64,000 nucleotides of DNA, taken from the NCBI GenBank assembly GCA_951406725.2, contig OX597816.1, positions 159,712,001 to 159,776,000 on the forward strand, read 5' to 3'. Positions 31,038-44,910 of the stretch are shown here, piece after piece (within the stretch, counting starts at the first letter, position 1; each line of letters begins with the position of its first letter). Source of the DNA: Octopus vulgaris (Eukaryota). The notes beneath the pieces were generated by a model. It was given only the letters and a program-made list of their open reading frames with translations, was not told the origin of the DNA and did not search any database. The position numbers and the translations under genes were made by a program.

Positions 31038-31189
31038 TGTCTGGGGAGAGTAATTTTCTTTTTGTACCTTATAATGTAACACACTCACCAGTAAAATTTC
31101 CACTTATTTCTTATCTTTATTTTCCTAAAATTTTACTAGTGAGTGTGTTACATTATAAGGCACAAAAAGAAAATGACTCTCCCCAGACA
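31038..31189. repeat. fold-back inverted repeat (62-bp arms, 3 mismatches, 28-nt loop)
   Basis: 31038-31099 versus the reverse complement of 31128-31189. Confidence 0.93.
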
Positions 31190-34100
31190 CAACAGAATCT
31201 TCTTGCAGATTGTCATTATTTTATAACCCTTGGTCAGTCCAGATCAAGCAGACCTATAATCAGAAGTATTCCAACCACAACCATCCCCTGTCATCCTGTA
31301 TTTTTGTATATCAGGAAATACATTGTTTTGTTTATCCTTCTTTATTTAAGAGTTTATTTTTTTGTGATTTGAGTGAGGTTTAGTTGCTATTTTTAGCAGA
31401 TCAAATAACCATGTAAATACTTCCTTTTGTAAGTTTTACTCATGGGAATAGCAGAGCGGATGAAACACTTGTTAATAACGCAGTATTTTAGTTGTTAATG
31501 TTGACAATATAGTGTAGGATACAACATAAAATGATTGACTAAAACAAACAAAAGACAAAACATAAAGAAAATGCTGATTTCCTGTATATAACTAAGTAAA
31601 TAAGTATAATGAAGTCTTCTTAATCAGTGAAAATGTTTCATTGATGGAAAATTATGAAGAATATAGAACATAATGGTTGCTGTGTTCTTTTATTGTACTC
31701 TCAGTGACAGTTTGTAATGATAAATGAAGACAGCTACTATGATAAATACATATTTTAATAGTCGATCTGGAGTCATTCCTGTGATTCTGATTTAGCAACC
31801 ATTACAAATTCTGAAGACTGAAATAAAGATAAATTTACGTTTCATTAAAAATATAAAAAGAAATTGTATAATTTTGAGAGGGAAATTTCTTATAAGTGCT
31901 ATTAAATGTAACCTGATATGAATTATATAATGAAAATAAGACTGTCTCTTTTAAATACGGAATGAAAAAAATGTTTCAGGAATAATTTTTGTGAGGTAAA
32001 ATTTCTTATAGGTGCTATTAAATGTAAACTGATATGAAATTTATAATTGAAATAACAGAATTATGTAGCAGCAACATTCTGAAGAAACGGTTATTATTTT
32101 AATGGTGGAATTGTTAGAATATTAAGCCATCTCTTGAAGTCATTCTTGTATCTGCTTCAGTCACCTCATTCAGCCGCCATCTTTGCTTCCCAGTTTAAAT
32201 GTATCACAGTAACAAGAGATACCAATGGAAATACACATTCTTGAGCAATTCATACAGTTTCAAATATTTCCAGAACAGTTCAATTAAAAATAGGAAAGTA
32301 GTACTGGCTAACGGCATAGGCATGGCTGTGTGGGTAAGGAGCTTTCTTTGTAACCATGTGATTTCAGGTTCAATCCCACTGTATAGCATATTGACTTTGC
32401 TGGCATTGTGCAAAAATTTGAAACCAGTAGTTTTTATTATTCTCCAGATATCTTTATTATTGTTTAATAGTCCAACACAGAATTATTGAAAGTTGAGTAA
32501 AAAGTGTTTTGTTGTTTTTGTTCTGATTCTTTATGTTCCAAGATGAAATCCCACTGGGATCCTTTCATCATCCCATGTTTCCTTTCATCTGTTCTGGGAT
32601 CAATAAAATAAAGTACCAGTGGAAATGAACAGCATTGATTGTATGATATTGACACTCATTTACAACTATCACATGATGTCAAAACAGGGCTACACACAAA
32701 TACACACCTATATACAATGTACTTCTTTCGGTTTCTATCTACCACATATACTCATGAGGCCTTGGTTGAACCAGATCTATAGTTCTATTATAACCCAAGG
32801 TCAACTAAAGCCCAAGGTGCCATGCAGTAGGAGTGAGCCCAAGACCATACAATCAGAAAGCAAGCTTCTTAACCACACAGCAACAATAATCCTTTCTACT
32901 CTAGGCACTAAGCCTGAAATTTTGGGGAGGGGTATAATTGATTACACTGACCCCCTAGTGTTTCACTGGTGCTTAATTTATCGACCCCAAAAGGATGAAA
33001 GGCAAAGTCAACCTCAACGGAATTTGAACTTAGAACATCAAGGTAGATGAAATGCTGCTAAGCATTTCGCCCAGTGTGCTAATGATTCTGCCAGCTCACA
33101 GTCTTACACAGCCACAATAGTAATAACAATAAGTTTAGTTTTAAGTACATCATATTGTGATAGCTTTTGGCATCATATCCATGAAGAAAGATATCTTCTG
33201 CACTTTTAATCTTCACTTTTAGTCTTCACTTTCTAACTTAAGGAATACCTTGACATTTATAGATGTATATGTACTTAACAATTCTCCCTCACTGTCTCAC
33301 AATATGTATATGTATTCAATTTTCTGAAAGATGTTTTTCCTGTGTTTATGATGACATTAGACATGTTGTTTTGTTCAGTTGGGCTTTAAGAAAATTATTT
33401 TTAGCAATTTAGATTTCCATCAATCATTAATACCAAACAGATAAAAACAAAATGTCAGGCATAAAATGGTGGGATTAAATAACTTTTTTCATAATCTGAA
33501 GTTTAATGATATCTGTCTTTTGAATAATGTTGGAGTTTAATTTTAGTTATTTGCCTTAAACAGCAGTTTTCCCAGGGCCTCATGTGATCCCCAAACATCC
33601 TTTCAGCTGTCCTCAATCATCTTACCTCTATAAATATAGTAAGTTTTTTTGACTAGTGTTTTACTGTGTTTTTGGTGTAGGCCCTTAAAAAAATCCAGGT
33701 TTTGAATTGGGTCTGGATATTAAAAATGGTTGAGAATCACTGTGTCAAATATGAGGTGCTTCAGAATTGAGGGTAAAATCCATAATGCTATGAAGTTTGT
33801 GATGACCTGTATCAGCAGTGTTTAGTGCATAAAAGAATTTAGTAAGATTAATTGCTGCAATGTTTCCAACCTTTGTCCTTTATCTGGCTTATCTGGTTAT
33901 CAGAAACTCTTGGACTTGTTTTAGTTATTGAGTTATTGAGTTGGGTTCAGAATTACAAAGCACCAACCAAATAGTTATTTATATCTCATTCTCATCTCAC
34001 TAGCTCTTTTACCTGTCTTGAGGTATAAGCTTAAGGGACTTCATTATGTGTGCATGTACTCCTTTCACTTTACTTATATTCCCCTCTTCTTGGGCTGTGT

Positions 34101-34410
34101 AGAACTGATGTCATTCACTCTCACTGTTTATCCACCTCTTACCATTCATCACGCTCTAATCCCAACCCTCTCTGGTGCTGGTGCCATGAGAAAATGCTTG
34201 CCGTACAGTATTAAGTGTAGAATTAAGAAGCCTTTTTAGTTTCTTCAAAGATATCATAGCCTCCCTAGTGCTGGTATCGCAAAAAAAAAATACTTTCAGT
34301 TCACTCTGTAAAGTAGTTGGCATTAAGAAGGTCATCCAGCTAAAGAAACTAAGCCAAATATTGAAACTTGTCCTCCAATCCTTCTAGGAGGGTGGCAACA
34401 ATCTGTCCAA

Positions 34411-35293
34411 TTGTGTGGAGATTCTTGTAAGGAATACACTGGTTAGGTTTCCCATTGCATGCATTCTCTGGGGTCTTCATAAAGGTAGGAACTTATTCTA
34501 ACAAATATTAAGACATGTCTGTTTGGTTAAGAAGCACACTTTGCACTCATATGGTTTCAGGTTCAGCCATGGAGAAAGTGTCTTTTATTATAGTCCTGGG
34601 TCAAACAAGCATAGAAATTGGACATATTAACAACAACAATGGTGATGATGATAACAGCAATAATATTTGTGTTATAGTACAAGACCATTGTTATAATCTT
34701 TATTCTGCAATATTGCAGTTAATTGAACTTTGTGAATAGTTTATCTCCATATTCCTGTCTTTTCCATCTGTGATGTACATTGTCTTAGGGATTAAGGATT
34801 AGAACTGCTAACTCTATGACGATTAGTACAGATTTATTCACACAAGACTTGAGTCTTGTTTTAGAGAATCATGAAACTCATACCAATGTTCTCTTGTTTG
34901 CTTCTGGAGATTAATACTTTGTTGACAGTAAATAAAACTTGAATGGTTAGATTTGACTATTACTGTTTCCTTTAATAATTTACTAACTCATTGTTGATTG
35001 GTTTTGTAATAATGAACTGGTATTTGTTGTTAGTTCTCTGGCCCTTGTGGGTAACCAAGGGAGTACCAACATAATTAGTCTTTGTGTGGAGATTCTTGTA
35101 AGGAATACACTGGTTAGGTTTCCCATTGCATGCATTCTCTGGGGTCTTCATGAAGTCAGGAACTTATTCTAACAAACATTAAGACATGTCTGTATGGTTA
35201 AGAAGCACACTTTGCACTCATATGGTTTCAGGTTCAGTCCTACTGCACAGCACCTGGGGCAAGTGTCTTCTATTATAGCCCTGGGTCAAACAA
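34411..35293 (+). repeat. local direct duplication of ~200 bp (34411-34607 and 35082-35293)
   Basis: TTGTGTGGAGATTCTTGTAAGGAATACACTGG...GGTTTCAGGTTCAG is present twice with few differences. Confidence 0.9.
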
Positions 35294-36915
35294 TGCCTTG
35301 CAAGTGGATATGTTAAATGAAAATTATGTATGTGTGTGTTTGTACCTTCCACGACTTGACAACTGATGTTGGTTTGTTTACATCCCTGCAACATAGCGGT
35401 TAGGCAAAAGAGGTCAGTAAAATTAGTAACTAGATTTAAAAAGTAAGTACTGGGGATAATTTGATCAACTACACCCTTCAAGGTAGTACTCCAGTATGGC
35501 TGCAATTCAATGACTGAAACAAATAGATGAAAGATTAGTTGTTTTTGTTGTTTAGACATAGGTCAGTACTAACTGACCAGACAATCCAGCCATGGCTATT
35601 CCATCTTTTTTCCTAAATAAAGTGTCTTTTTAAAAATGATTTGAGAGGGACATTTGGTTGATATTTCTAAAAGTTGATCAACCACATAGATTCACTATTG
35701 CTGGTTGATCAATGATTTCATTTCTTATGATAATGGTGTGAACTACATTGTTCCATCCTGCATTGTCTATCAGAGTGAGATGAACTCAGCCATTGAGAGT
35801 TTAGTGTCCTGGCCATAGAATTAATGCAAATGTAAAGCATTGACTTCTCAGTTGGTTGTCCAATACATTATAAAATTCCATCGTTTATGTTGCCAATGAT
35901 GACCTCTGGGACAATTAATGTTATATTCTAAGCAGAATATTTCTTCTGTCTGTTCTCATGAATGAAGTCTACAAATGTAAGCAAATGTGACTTTGAAGAG
36001 CTAACCCTTCCTCTCCATTTCTCTCTCTTTCTCTCTCTCTTTCATATTCAACAAAGTAGAAGGATGACAATGTCTACCAGCTAATACCTTTATGGAAATG
36101 CTTCTTATCAGTAACTATTGGTGCCTTGATTTAGTCTGGATACAAATTTACAACAGGTTCATAAATGTGCAACTTATTTATTTAAAGTTGCATTTTCTAA
36201 TAGCTGTAATAACTTTTCCTATGCCTCAACCCTCTTCTCTCTCTCTCTCGCTACTCCCTCTCTCTTTTCTCTTCTTCTACTTCTCTTACACCTTTTCTTT
36301 GACATATGGAAGATATAGAAATTACAGATGCAAAATGTAAATTCCAGGTATATTAACTGTGGTCTAGTGGTTAGGGTGTTGCACTCACAATTGCAAGATT
36401 GTGGTTTCAATTCCCAGACCTTGCAATGCATTATGTTCTTGAGCAAAACACTTCATTTCTCACATTGTTTCAGTCCACTCAGCTGTAAATGTATAACCCT
36501 GCAATAGACTATGTCCTGTTCAGAGTGAATGTTGTTGTATAGGTCACTTTTAAGCCACAAAAACCAGGTAACCAGCCCTGTGAGTCTAAGGACTTGAGAA
36601 AATACTTACTGCCAGTAACTATATAATTGCTAGAATTCTTGATCACTGATTGATTTAATGTATCAGGAAAAATGCATTTCATGATGAATATTTTAAAAGT
36701 TTGCTTTAAATCCATCATCTTCTGTCACTCCAAGAGAAATCCTCCATATAGTTACTTGACCTACTAGAGATAACAGCCAAACTACGCCCTACCACCTAAT
36801 AAGGCCAACAATATATAACATATTGTTGTATTTCAAGATGGTCTTTTTTTTTAACTAAATAAATGCATGCACTTATATTTTTTTTTCTTCACTTGCTTGT
36901 TAGTGTTCTGTTTAG

Positions 36916-36989
36916 AACAGAATGGAGTAAGTGGAGCAACAATACACACAAAAACGAAAAGTGTCACTGAAGAGGTCACAGATGTGTGA
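36916..36989 (+). CDS. candidate terminal coding exon A (xQNGVSGATIHTKTKSVTEEVTDV*)
   Basis: Long polypyrimidine tract and tttag acceptor. The phase-1 frame ends in a class I PDZ-type motif T-D-V. Repeat-poor UTR-like sequence follows, with AATAAA at 37017. Confidence 0.45.
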
Positions 36990-38402
36990 CGAAAGATTTC
37001 CAGACAATGGACATAAAATAAAGAAGACCAGTGAAGAAAAAAAATATATAGTGCATGTGTTTATTTGGCAAAAAAGAAAAGAAAAAAATGGCCATCCTGA
37101 AATACAACAATATCTGTTTCAACACATGATTTCACATAAAGAATCTTGTAAAATGAATTGTTAAAAGTAATATATAACATAGTTTGTGTATACTGTATCT
37201 AAAAATAGACATCCCCCCCCACACACACCTTCGTGGTGGTGGTGGTGGTGGTGGTGGTGGTGGTGGCGGTGGCAGCTTCATCGTTGTTGTTGTTGTCGCT
37301 GCTGCTGGTGATTTTCTTTTTTCTAGTATCTCCTTTTGTACCTACAGTGTTGATAGAATGAATACCATGCATGTATTATGTTGATTCAGTTGACTGTGTA
37401 CTTCTGAAAGTTAGTGATTGCATTCTAATATAAGAAACCTTTATCATTATTAATGTTGCAGAAGAGTCATTTCATAATACACAAGGCTGTCGAATTCACT
37501 TTGAATTTATATCACAAGGTGCCAGAATTTGTCTCACAAGTACAACCTGGTCCCTGACACAATTCAACTGTCAAAATTAATTTAACAGTTTTTGCCTATA
37601 ACAGCTCTTCCAAGTTGTAAGCACTTCAGTTTTTCTACTCTACAGCAAGACACCTATATTTGTTCCCTCTATATCTTAAATCTCTTTCAAGCCACACCCT
37701 GTCAAGTACTACTCCCCTTCAAGTGCTACTGTCTTGCAAGGTATTTAGTGACCCTGTTGATGTTGGTGCCATGTAAAAAGCACCTAAAACATTCTGTAAA
37801 GTGGTTGGCATTAGTAAGAGCATCTAGCTGTAGAAACCAAGCCAAAACAGACCATATAGCCTGGTGTGGCTCCTGGTCTTATCAGTTCCTGTCAAACCAT
37901 CCAACCCATGCCAGCATGGAAAACAGATGTTAAATGATGGTGATGTCTCAGAGCACGTCATTTGCTTCAATGTACAACTGTGAATTTATCGTTACTTATT
38001 TTTCTCTATCTCTTCTCTGATTTCCTTCATTTAATTTGGCCAGATTTGTCTCAAATATTCTATCTGTTTTAGATTCAAACTTTCCAGATCTGGCTTCTTA
38101 CGCCTACTCAACAATGTCATTCTGAAAATGAATTATAACATCATTGAATCTCAAATCTGCAAGATAATGCATGCTTGATTCGAAACAGTGTGAATAGATT
38201 AGCGTTATATTAGTCTGAGTAATCTGAATGCTGAAGGGTGGAAGTTGTATTAAATACACCAAACTAAGTTAGATATTTCCTGCATTTAGTGTTGAAAGAA
38301 TTTATAGGTATCAAGTACATAGAGAACTCAGTTCAAACGACAAGATGCTTAACCTTATAAGTTAAGAAACCTTTGCATTGCATATACTCCAATATCTGTC
38401 TG

Positions 38403-38449
<47 letters not shown>

Positions 38450-38833
38450 TAACTTACATTTCTATCAGAATACATCTGGTTAGGTTGGACATTTTTGAAG
38501 GGGCATGGTCTCTCTGTAGCATGCAGTCTTAAGTAAATTTAGCAAAGTCTGATGAGAAAGTTTATCAGTAATGTTCCAGCTATGTGTTATTTATCAAGTA
38601 AAAAAGAAATAAAAACCAGTTAAATTTTGTCTCTTATCATGCCTGTGAGAACATGTGGCAGTCTGGAATAAGGTTGTAGTTCTGTGAGTGTAGAATATAG
38701 GGAAATATTTTCATTCATGTTGTTTACTTTTAAAGTATATCATACTAGCTACACATATATATTATTGCTATTATATTAAATTGTTGTATGGCCAAATGCA
38801 TTTTTTTCAATATTTATTTTTTGCTTGCAATAG

Positions 38834-38907
38834 CTGGTTCTTTTGGTCAAACTATTGTATCTCCAGCTACTCCAGATGCCAATATATCAAAAATTGTCAA
38901 AGTGTAA
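38834..38907 (+). CDS. candidate alternative terminal coding exon B (xGSFGQTIVSPATPDANISKIVKV*)
   Basis: Acceptor ttttttgcttgcaatag. Phase-1 frame, same length as exon A, ending V-K-V. The other two frames are also locally open. Confidence 0.35.
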
Positions 38908-39257
38908 TACAACAGTTTTGCTATGGAATGGTGAAACTATTTCTTCATTTTCTGAAAAAGCAATGTTTTAGACTTCGGATACTTTTAAACAATAGTAACG
39001 ATATAAATATATATATTTGTTTTTTTATCTCGCCTCACACACACACACACACACGCACACACTCACACATACACACACATCTGTTGCGTTACCAACCCTG
39101 TCTCCACTCTTTTGGCTTTAAAAACCTACTTTGCTCTTGTTATCGTAAACTTCCGCCTTTCACCATGTGTACTTCGTAAACACCAGTCGTTTTTTTTCTC
39201 CATCTCTTGTTGCCCACTTTGGGATCTTTCTTTCCTCTCTCTTCCTTCTTTATGTTT

Positions 39258-39285
39258 TCGACGAAGAGCTCCGCTCGAAACGTCA
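39258..39285 (+). ncRNA. minimal hammerhead-like motif (variant core) in a Penelope-like terminal repeat fragment
   Basis: TCGACGA-A-GAGC-TCC-GCTC-GAAAC-GTC: perfect stem II and GAAAC, but the core deviates from CTGANGA. Confidence 0.45.
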
Positions 39286-39375
39286 TACCTTCCTGCTTCC
39301 ATATTTCCTGAGCGCCTATTAATAATAATACTGTAATTGTTCCACGTGTTGTTTTTTTGTTTTCCCGTTTGGATT

Positions 39376-39423
<48 letters not shown>

Positions 39424-39513
39424 GAAATTTACAGAAAATCAAAAGATGAAGACAGGTGTATAAACAACAAACTGGTGTATTAGTTTAATGCTCGGGAAGG
39501 TGAGAAAGTCTTT

Positions 39514-39541
39514 TACATTTCGAGCCTAAACTCTTCAACAG
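39514..39541 (-). ncRNA. degenerate minimal hammerhead-like motif
   Basis: Minus strand CTGTTGA-A-GAGT-TTAG-GCTC-GAAAT-GTA. The downstream sequence (TTCCCGAGCA...TAATAC) parallels that after 39285. Confidence 0.4.
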
Positions 39542-39603
39542 AAAGGAACATGAGGAAATAAACAGAGAGAGAGTGAAAAAAAAACTTTTAGAATTAGCAG
39601 TCA

Positions 39604-39634
<31 letters not shown>

Positions 39635-39935
39635 TATATGCATGGCGTGGCTTTGTGGTTAGAAGTTTGCTTCTCAATTGCATGGTTCAGGGTTCAGTCC
39701 CACTCTATGGTACTTTGGGCAAGTGTCTTCTACTATATCCTCGGTTGGACCAAATTTGGTTGACAGAAATTGAAAGAAGCCTGTCGTATATATGTGTGTG
39801 TGTGTCTGTGTTTGTCCTCCACCACTGCTTGACAACTGGTGCTGGTGTGTTTATGTCCCTGTAACTTAGCAGTTCAGCAAAAGAGACTGATGGCCACAAT
39901 CTAATGACTGAAACCAGTTAAAGATAAAATCTCTT

Positions 39936-41529
<1,594 letters not shown>

Positions 41530-41560
41530 TTTGTCCATGTTGTATTTTTCTACATACCTT

Positions 41561-41595
<35 letters not shown>

Positions 41596-42870
41596 GACAA
41601 AAGAAAAGAGCATTCAACACATTTAGTAGGGGTTTACATATATTTGAAACTAAATTGGTTAACTAAGCTTGAATGAGTTAAGCTTCTGCTGAGAGGCCTG
41701 TGAAATTAAGCCACATGGAGCCGAATCACACTGTTTTAAGTAGGAATAATAATAATAATGATAATAGTAGTAATAAATAGAGAGAGAGATGAAATGTACA
41801 TATGTGTATTATGTTTATATATAGGCATACATGCCCAGCACAGTATGTCCTCTAGCTTGGTAGTATCATCAGTTTTGACCTGTGAAGACCAGTGGGATAA
41901 AAAATCCATTATTGAAAGCAAGGTAAAGGTTGGTGATAGGAAGAGCATTTGACTGTAAAATGCTGCCTCAATAAATCTCATCCACTCCATGCCAGCATGG
42001 AAAAGGTAGATATAAAGATTATATATGTGGTGAACTCTCTCATCATGTCAGTGGATGAAGGTTCATCTAGACATGGTCTGTCAAAATTGACCATCACTTT
42101 ATGGCCCTTTGTGTACAGGGTCAAAGCTGAAGTCTTTCAGTGGCATTCTCTACCTGTCCCTGTTGACTCTTTTCCCTGTTGCTATTCAACTTAAGAAGAA
42201 AATGTGATGATGTTGGTGGTGGTGTCTTGATTTGTCAAACAACCTTCACAAAGAATATTTTTATAGTAAGTATGGTTTGTGCAGATCCGGTCCCACTCTA
42301 ATGTCCTTCAACTAATCCCACAAGCCCAGTAGTTATCAGAATGAATGATATATATATGGAGTTACATTCTCTTAGATCGGCAGCTAAAGAGCTGAAGAGC
42401 CTCATTTACCCTGGGTCCATTAAAGTGATTGTGAGTGACTTTCCTGATTCAGTTCCATGACATGATAATTAACCTATACGTAGGACTCTGGCTGGTGCTA
42501 CTGTTCTGGTCCAGAGTAGATCTGGGCATAATAGCAGAGTGTAGTTCCACACTCCCCAAAACCCTGGAACTCCTGAAACAGGGCTCCGCTATCACATACA
42601 GTTTAAAGTCATAACCAGGAGAGACACACGCATGCTTGCTCACTCAGTCACTTACTCACTCTCAAGTATAGATATATTTACACACATACATATATATATA
42701 CAGTGAAAGACATGTTGACAACTAATAATACCTAGTGCCAGTCTTTTCAAGCTTAGCAGATAATTAATTATTACACAGTGCTGAATACATCCAAAGAAAT
42801 GCTTGCCTTACAGTTTATCCATTCGTTCCTTATTGAATTAATGATGGAATATAATGGTTGATATGAATAC

Positions 42871-42977
42871 CTTGTAGTAAAAGTCGCAGAAATAACATCT
42901 GTCTTGTAATTTGACACTGTATTTTATCTAACACCACGGGACTTATTTGGAAAAGGTCTTGTCTCCATATCCGTTGT
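42871..42977 (-). other. candidate minus-strand exon (one open frame: QRIWRQDLFQISPVVLDKIQCQITRQMLFLRLLLQ)
   Basis: Acceptor tcatctgtgttttgtag and donor CAAG|gtattc in apparently unique sequence. Coding status unknown. Confidence 0.25.
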
Positions 42978-43657
42978 CTACAAAACACAGATGATATATC
43001 AAGTTGAGAAATGGTTAAAGAAAATCAACAGAAGTAATACCAAGAAGTTATAGTTATGTGGAGTTGTTTAAATATTATCTTCTGATCAACATCAAAGTAG
43101 ACTTTAGCAGCACAGCCATCTGCGATACTCACACAGATGTATTCATTGCAGATAAGGTAAAGCAATTTTGGGCACCTTATCTGTTGATGGTTTCTTTTTT
43201 TTTTTCTTTTTGCTCCATCTAATTAATAAAGCATTATAGAAATATGTTTTCATCTTAAGCTCATTTTCATACAAAAAAGAGTTCTATCGTGTGATGAAAT
43301 TCTTTTGAGATCGAGATATAAAATCTACAGATGCTTTGGAACTATTTTCATCATCATTTTATCCATTTTCATTTAATGTCCACTTTTCCTTGCTTGCATG
43401 GATCAGATGAGATTTGTTGAGGTAGATTTTCTGCCCTTCTGCATTCAACCCTGACTTGTTTCCAAGCAAGGTAATATTTCCCCATGGCCAGACATGTTTT
43501 TCACAGAAGACAGGAAATGAACAACTTTGCTTGTATGATGATAATGCTCATTTACAATTATCATTTCATGTCTAGACAAGAGTATACATAACACACATAC
43601 ACACAAATACATGCATGTATGTGTGTGTTATATATATATGATGATGATATCATTATT

Positions 43658-43766
43658 AATCATGACAATTGTTTCAACACATCTAGCATCGATCCCTCAC
43701 AGGTGGGACACTCAACAACTGGTTCAGGAGCATCCGGTGGTGCAGATGTATCTCATTGAGTGGTAG
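43658..43766 (-). ncRNA. degenerate hammerhead-like motif with an extended stem II
   Basis: Minus strand TCAATGA-GATACATCTGCA...TGCTAGATGTGTT-GAAAC-AATT-GTC, with palindromic stem III ACAATTGT. Confidence 0.4.
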
Positions 43767-44910
43767 ACACAACTCATTAAAATAACACTTCCACAATGTA
43801 ACTTCTCGTTTTGTAGAAAGAAAAGCAACCAGACGGAGAAAATATCTTCATTTACATAGAAGATCAAAAATAAAATCACAGATGGGAAAAAGAGAAATGA
43901 ACATGCAATACAGCAAGAAAATTATTAAAAATAACTTAACAAATGTATAAAAACCCTCAAGAGCAAGCTGCATGGTGTGAGTACAATTGCTCATACAAGC
44001 ATCTGCGAAAATGTGAGCATACGCACATGAGGTTTGATGCATTCATGATCACAAAGCGAGTTAACTATTTACTTGGTGTTTGTAAGAATGATATATCAAA
44101 TATATAAAGTGTAGTAGAAGAGTTGAATTTAGAGAGTCATGCAGCTTACACAGTAAGCACGCCTTTCAGAATCAGCTATCAGTTTATGTATGAACTACCA
44201 TGCTGTGTAATTGAATATGTCCAGGTAACTGAAAACCCAGGAAATCCTAACAATGAATTTTTCTACAAAGAGTAAATAAAGCATAATGTCAGAAGGTGTG
44301 AGAAGTGAATATGGTTTTATATTTTTATATGACTTCCCTATGATTACAGCTGTTTCGTAACCTTCCGCATGTAGTTTTATTAATTTTGGGATGCAAAATT
44401 ACATGAATGTTTGCATCATGCTCAGCATTATACAATACAACTAGCACTATGACCCGGCATTGCCAAGTCTAGTGCTAGCGCTTGTTGTTCATTGCCAGGT
44501 CGCAGTAAAAATTTCTCACTAAATCAAGAGCTAAGTTTCTTATCACATTTCAGCCCGGGCCTGTTTTGTTGTTTATGAACTAGTTGAAGCTTTTTATGAG
44601 AGTAATTAATATTCATTGGACTTCGGTTTTCACACCTGGAATGGTATAATCATGGAAAATTAGCGAGACTGTGTACATGCCATTAGTCGGACAAAAAAGG
44701 AGGCAGAAGAAAGCAAAAAGCTTGAATTTGGCTGCAAAATAACTTATGTTTATTTTATTCATATAAAAAAAAAATGAAGCATTTCTAATGATTCTTATTA
44801 AGCTTAGAGGTAGCAAAAATGGTCACCTATGAGCTTTTGCAGTATTTACTTGAGTTGTGAGGGCTACAAGGTGTTATTAAATATATTGTCATTGTATTGT
44901 GTATCTTGGG

